The position numbers and the translations under genes are program-made. A DNA stretch of 64,000 nucleotides, from NCBI GenBank assembly GCA_964486995.1, contig CAZAOV010000001.1:15697-79696 (forward strand), read 5' to 3'. Numbering within the stretch: the stretch's first letter is position 1; the number at the start of each line of letters is the position of its first letter. The notes beneath the pieces were generated by a model, which was given only the letters and a program-made list of their open reading frames with translations, searched no databases and was not told where the DNA came from. Origin of the DNA: an uncultured Gammaproteobacteria bacterium. Its GTDB lineage: Bacteria > Patescibacteriota > Patescibacteriia > SG8-24. This document shows, piece after piece, positions 59,471-64,000 of this stretch.

Positions 59471-60253
59471 TTACATTGCGTAAACTATTTTGGCCATTTT
59501 AATAAATTCATCGGCCTTCAAAGATGCGCCGCCGACCAGCGCCCCCTCAATGACTGGGATATCCAAAAACAATCCGATATTACTGGAGTCAACCGAGCCA
59601 CCGTAAATCACGAAGCAGTTATTGTCGACCACGTCAGTCGGATACATATCACTGAGCTCGTCGCGAATCAGCTGATGCGCCTCGGCTGCATCGTTCGAAT
59701 CCACAGCTTTTCCTGTGCCGATAACCCAAACCGGCTCGTAAGCGATAATCACTCGTTGATGGCCGACCGGTCGCAAATTGCCGTCACCGAGCGCTTTACG
59801 CACCTGTTCAATCACTACGGCGTCGCGCTTGCCGGCGTCGCGCTCCTCCTGAGTCTCGCCAACACAAATTATCGGATTGATGTCGTGTCGTAGCAGGGCT
59901 CCAACTTTCTTGTTTACAATCTCATCGGTTTCATTTAGGTATTTACGCCGCTCCGAGTGACCAACGATGCAAAACTTACAACCCAACTCCTTGAGCGTGA
60001 CCGGAGAAATCTCACCGGTGTAAGCACCCTCGTCTTCCCAAAAAGAATCTTGACCGCCGAGCGAAATACCGGCGCCGCGAACCATATCGGCGACATTACT
60101 GAGCGCCAAGTGTGACGGACATAAGACCATTTCTATCTTTGGGGAGTCCGCCTCATCGGACGGCAAACTCTTGGCGATTTGCTTAGCCAAAGCCTCGCTC
60201 TCGCTTTCGTTGAGTTTCATCTTCCAGTTAGCGATTAGATATCTTGTGCGCAT
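59471..60253 (-). CDS. tpiA: Triosephosphate isomerase
   Basis: ANWKM, GAYTGEIS, GHSERR, AYEPVWVIGTG, YGGSV, LVGGASL; start at ATG 60253. Confidence 0.96.
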   Translation of the reverse strand: MRTRYLIANWKMKLNESESEALAKQIAKSLPSDEADSPKIEMVLCPSHLALSNVADMVRGAGISLGGQDSFWEDEGAYTGEISPVTLKELGCKFCIVGHSERRKYLNETDEIVNKKVGALLRHDINPIICVGETQEERDAGKRDAVVIEQVRKALGDGNLRPVGHQRVIIAYEPVWVIGTGKAVDSNDAAEAHQLIRDELSDMYPTDVVDNNCFVIYGGSVDSSNIGLFLDIPVIEGALVGGASLKADEFIKMAKIVYAM

Positions 60254-60340
60254 ATGTATCTCGAGTATAGATGTGTAGCAGTGTAGGTGTGTAGAAGACC
60301 TACACACTTGCGCATGGAGTCTGCTGCAAATGAGCGGGTC

Positions 60341-60388
60341 TTCTATACTTCCACGCTTCCACGCTTCCACGCTTCCACGCTTCTATAC
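60341..60388. repeat. 8-mer tandem repeat ttctatac-(ttccacgc)4-ttctatac
   Basis: Read directly; related inverted octamers at 60268-60300 and 61697-61778. Confidence 0.85.
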
Positions 60389-60398
60389 TATTAAACTG

Positions 60399-61685
60399 TT
60401 ATCTTAGCTCGCTTATAGCATCTCTAAACATCTTACCATCTTTATACGGTCCGATGATGGCCATGGATAGTCGGTTGCGGCGGAAAATATCTTGAGCCGC
60501 CTTACGAACATCGTTGCGAGTTACCGAAAGAATCGCTCGAATCCTATCCTCGGGCGTGCAGACTTTTCGCGACAGCAGCTCCTGCTTGGCAAACCAATCG
60601 GCCTGCCGGCTGGAATCTTCCATGGCTAGCAAGGTTCTTCCTTTTATATACTCTTGAGCCCGATGCAGTTCCTCGGCTGTCACCAATTTCTTTTTTATCT
60701 TGGATAGCTCGCTCAGTATCAATTCATGCGCTCGACTAACCCGATCTTTTGCCAGGCCAGCTTGAATAGATAAGTCGCCAATATCCTGATAGGCACCCGG
60801 AACTGCCCGGATGTAATAACACAAACCCTCGCGCTCACGCACGCTCGTAAACAATCTCGAGCTCATGGTTCCGCCGAGTACTGTGGCCAGCACCTTGAGC
60901 GCTGGCATGCGGGAGTCATCATATTTATAGGCTGGAAACGAAATGGCAGATTGCACCTGCTCGGTGTCGCGCTCGTGAATCCGAATGCGCGGTTTGCGAT
61001 AACCGGCCTTGGACAAACTAAATTTTTTGTAGCCGCGCGGTCGGCCATTAGCTTTGGTGCGACCAAAGCTGTTCTCCAGCATAGACAGAACCTCTAGCTC
61101 ATCAAACTTTCCGGCCACGGCCAGCACCGTTCGAGAAGGCACATAATAGCTATCGCGGTAATCAATCAGGTCGCGCCGCGTTAATCCGTTGACTGTATCT
61201 ACGATACCCCCAATGCGTTGCCCCAACGGAGAGCCGCGGTATATTTCTTCCTCAACCAGCTCCCCGACCAGCATCATGGGATTGTCTTCGTACATCCGCA
61301 GCTCTTCTAGGATTACTTGCCGTTCAGAATTGATGTCGCGCGCCCGAAACGCCGAATGATAAATCATGTCTTCGAGCATGTCTATGGCTAGACCGATCTT
61401 GCCAGACTGCAGTTTGATGTAGTAACCGGTGAAGTCTTTGGCGGTGAAAGCGTTATAGTCAGCGCCGACCGAATCCAAATCGCGCGCTATGTCCAGATTG
61501 GTCGGCCGACGACGCGTTCCCTTGAACATCATGTGCTCGATGAAATGTGACGCGCCGTTCAACGCCATGCTCTCATACCTCGAACCCACCTCATACAAAG
61601 CCAAAACGGTCGCCGCTGCCGTGTCGGCATGCGGAACCGTGATAACGCGGATTCCATTTTTGAGCCTATGCTTTTGGAAATTCAT
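60399..61685 (-). CDS. M16 (pitrilysin-family) zinc peptidase
   Basis: SHFIEHMMFKGT (HxxEH), NAFT, MSSRLF..VRE..GLCY. Confidence 0.95.
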   Translation of the reverse strand: MNFQKHRLKNGIRVITVPHADTAAATVLALYEVGSRYESMALNGASHFIEHMMFKGTRRRPTNLDIARDLDSVGADYNAFTAKDFTGYYIKLQSGKIGLAIDMLEDMIYHSAFRARDINSERQVILEELRMYEDNPMMLVGELVEEEIYRGSPLGQRIGGIVDTVNGLTRRDLIDYRDSYYVPSRTVLAVAGKFDELEVLSMLENSFGRTKANGRPRGYKKFSLSKAGYRKPRIRIHERDTEQVQSAISFPAYKYDDSRMPALKVLATVLGGTMSSRLFTSVREREGLCYYIRAVPGAYQDIGDLSIQAGLAKDRVSRAHELILSELSKIKKKLVTAEELHRAQEYIKGRTLLAMEDSSRQADWFAKQELLSRKVCTPEDRIRAILSVTRNDVRKAAQDIFRRNRLSMAIIGPYKDGKMFRDAISELR

Positions 61686-61782
61686 TCAGTTGTTTGTGTA
61701 GAGGTTTAGAGGTATAGAAGTTTAGAAGGTCGTATTGCTCAGCATGGTCACCCTGCTATACTTCTACACTTCTACATAATAA

Positions 61783-63180
61783 CTATGACAATCGTACTTT
61801 TTCTTCGAGCAATGCCGGCAATTCCTCAATCGCCACCCGCTCCTGTTCCATAGTATCGCGATCGCGGACCGTCACCTTGTTGTCTTCTGAGGTGTCGAAA
61901 TCGACGGTGATGCAGAACGGTGTGCCGATTTCGTCTTGACGACGATAACGACGGCCGACTGAACCGGATTCATCGTATTGAACCATGAATTTCTGCGACA
62001 ATGTGTCGAAAATTTCTCCGGCGATATTTTTCAGCGGCTCCTTCTTGGACAAAGGAAGCACCGCGGCCTTGATCGGCGCGATGGCCGGATGGAACCGCAA
62101 CACGGTCTCGACATCCTTGGCCGATTCGGTCGTGGTAGTGCGTCCACCATCTATCTCTTCATAAGCATCAATCAAAAACGTCAACACCGACCGGTCCAGA
62201 CCGAGCGCCGGCTCAATCACATACGGCGTGTATTTCTCGTTGGTCTCCGGATCGCGGTAAGTCAAATCTTCACCGCTGTACTCAGCATGCTGCTTCAAAT
62301 CAAAATCGGTTCGGTTGGCGCAGCCCCACAGTTCGCCCCAACCCCACGGGTACTTATATTCTAAGTCCACCGTGCGTTTGGAATAATGCGACAGCTTTTC
62401 CTTGGGATGCTCGTAATAACGCAGGTTCTCTTCCTTGACGCCCAGCCCGGCGAACCACGTATGCATGAAATCCTTCCACTGCTCGAACCAATCCTCGTCG
62501 GTGCCCGGCTTCACAAAAAATTCCATCTCCATCTGCTCGAACTCGCGCGTGCGAAAAATAAAGTTCCCCGGCGTAATTTCGTTCCTAAACGACTTACCGA
62601 CCTGCGCGATGCCGAACGGCAGTTTGAGGCGCTGTGTCTGCTGGACATTTGCATAATTCACAAAAATCCCCTGTGCGGTCTCGGGTCGCAGATACACCTC
62701 CGAAGCTTCGTCCTCGACAGGACCCATATGAGTCTTGAACATCAGGTTGAACTCGCGGATGTCGGTAAATTCACCACCGCAATCCGGACAGCGTAAATCC
62801 TTGAAGTTAACTTGCTCCTCTTTTAGGCCGGGCATTCCGGCAACATGTGCCTCCACCAGATGATCGGCACGAAACCTTTTTTTACAGCCTTTGCAGTCAA
62901 CCAGCGGATCGGAAAAACCCTGCAAATGACCGGATGCCTCCCAAGTCTTGGGATTCATTATTATGGCTGCATCCAGGCCGACAATATCCGGCCGACGCTG
63001 AACCATAGCCGTCCACCAAGCCGCACGCACGTTATTTTTGAGCAAAACGCCGAGCGGGCCGTAGTCGTAAGTCGATCCCATGCCACCGTAGATTTCGGAG
63101 CCGGGAAAAAGAAAACCGCGTCGCTTGGACAGCGATACGATTTTATCCATTAGTTCGGGTTGTTTTTTTGCGTTAGTCAT
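61783..63180 (-). CDS. glyQS: Glycine--tRNA ligase (alpha2 type)
   Basis: [50 protein letters not shown]. Confidence 0.97.
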   Translation of the reverse strand: MTNAKKQPELMDKIVSLSKRRGFLFPGSEIYGGMGSTYDYGPLGVLLKNNVRAAWWTAMVQRRPDIVGLDAAIIMNPKTWEASGHLQGFSDPLVDCKGCKKRFRADHLVEAHVAGMPGLKEEQVNFKDLRCPDCGGEFTDIREFNLMFKTHMGPVEDEASEVYLRPETAQGIFVNYANVQQTQRLKLPFGIAQVGKSFRNEITPGNFIFRTREFEQMEMEFFVKPGTDEDWFEQWKDFMHTWFAGLGVKEENLRYYEHPKEKLSHYSKRTVDLEYKYPWGWGELWGCANRTDFDLKQHAEYSGEDLTYRDPETNEKYTPYVIEPALGLDRSVLTFLIDAYEEIDGGRTTTTESAKDVETVLRFHPAIAPIKAAVLPLSKKEPLKNIAGEIFDTLSQKFMVQYDESGSVGRRYRRQDEIGTPFCITVDFDTSEDNKVTVRDRDTMEQERVAIEELPALLEEKVRLS

Positions 63181-63390
63181 ACGGAAATAAGGTAACACGA
63201 GGGGGTAATGGGGGCAAGATTAGAAACGTGCTTCTGGAGTTCGTGAATTTTAATTAATGTGCCCCCGCAGTCGAATACTCTAATATATTTTAGAAAGCAC
63301 GCAAAGGAAACCTTGCTTACGACTCCTGAACTCTATAAACAAAAACCACCCAAGGGTGATTTAGGGTGGCAAATATCGAAAACTGTCTTA

Positions 63391-63660
63391 CTAGTTGGTG
63401 GCGGCGTCCTCCTTCTCCTGCTGCTGCCGGGTGACCTCAGCGTGAAAGCCCTCGATGAAAGACTCCGCCGCGCCGCATACCAGCAACTCATCATGGGGGT
63501 ATGCATCATCGGGACCAACCAGGGCCGCGATCGGTTTTTCGCCGATGAAAAACTTGATCACTGCCGCGATGCGCTCCTGCATACCGCACTTCCAAGCCTC
63601 GAACCGACTCACTGGCGCCAAAAGCTGACTCTGCATGTTGTTATCTCCCTTACCCCTCAC
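63391..63660 (-). CDS. Hypothetical protein
   Basis: Short ORF followed by a hairpin at ~63345-63370; start probably at MQSQ. Confidence 0.45.
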   Translation of the reverse strand: MRGKGDNNMQSQLLAPVSRFEAWKCGMQERIAAVIKFFIGEKPIAALVGPDDAYPHDELLVCGAAESFIEGFHAEVTRQQQEKEDAATN

Positions 63661-64000
63661 GGGGCTGCCCGTTGTTGGGCTGACTTTGTAATCTACACTA
63701 TTTCGCTCAACGTGTCAATGCTTTAACCACCATACGACCATTGGATTAAGGTTCGGTGGATTTGTTTTCGCTGGCTATGCCGACCGGGCGGCTGGGACGT
63801 CGGATAGGGGCGTAGCTGCAGAGCTCGCCTCTGCCCGTAGCGGCATGCGCTCGCCGGACCGGGCAAGGGCGAGTCCCATCGCCCAGGATAAATAAAAAGC
63901 CGCCCATTACGGACGGCCTTGAAGCTCAGATATCCTCCTTTGGAGTGTGAATCGGCTTCTGTGGCAGCGGCGGTGGCGTCATCCTGGGGTCCGTACCAAC

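Noticed and set aside
59471-60370. Long N-terminal extensions of tpiA, the GT2 at 22590 and the PQ-loop gene at 33065
   Set aside because: The extensions run through repeats or promoter DNA; downstream ATGs match the family N-termini.
15-63726. Many overlapping antisense or alternate-frame ORFs in the track (e.g. 15..428, 24266..24961, 32202..33008, 40505..41386, 57687..57878, 63259..63726)
   Set aside because: They are shadows of better-supported genes on the other strand or frame and show no motifs.
1-64000. Alternative genetic code (UGA=Gly, as in Gracilibacteria/SR1)
   Set aside because: Conserved genes are full length under code 11 and several end in TGA.

Overview
Bacterial chromosomal window using genetic code 11. 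It is most likely from a Patescibacteria/CPR (Parcubacteria-like) genome; this is inferred from the alpha2-type GlyRS, the CPR-style pilin, the rpmG/tRNA context, the DGR target type and the many intergenic palindromes. 1-23.6 kb: a mosaic, mostly minus-strand surface-glycan locus. It holds Wzm/Wzt export, GDP-fucose synthesis (gmd/fcl), UDP-xylose synthase, a fused Sat-CysC PAPS synthase, two paralogous sulfotransferase+GT2 modules, a GT11 fucosyltransferase, a GT47 exostosin-like GT, a partial B4GALNT-like GT, methyltransferases and IS30/pseudogene debris. 23.6-54.5 kb: accessory and housekeeping mix, including a radical SAM gene, an NDT-like/Nudix fusion, a RAYT transposase with palindromic REPs carrying DnaA-box-like ends, three tandem double-PQ-loop transporters, a two-component cluster, a pilin, ArfB, ABC-F, an exonuclease and a 1425-aa orphan. 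54.5-57.4 kb is the most striking part: two ~1.4 kb integrase-less cassettes stacked at the 3' end of tRNA-Trp and delimited by near-identical hybrid att-like sites. One carries Nudix + Fic toxin/antitoxin; the other carries a DGR target gene and a DGR reverse transcriptase remnant fused to an IS200 TnpA start. 57.4-64 kb: tRNAs (Trp, Thr, Tyr, Thr), rpmG, a TPR protein, tpiA, an M16 peptidase and glyQS. All calls come from reading the sequence and recalling motifs; no database searches were run.
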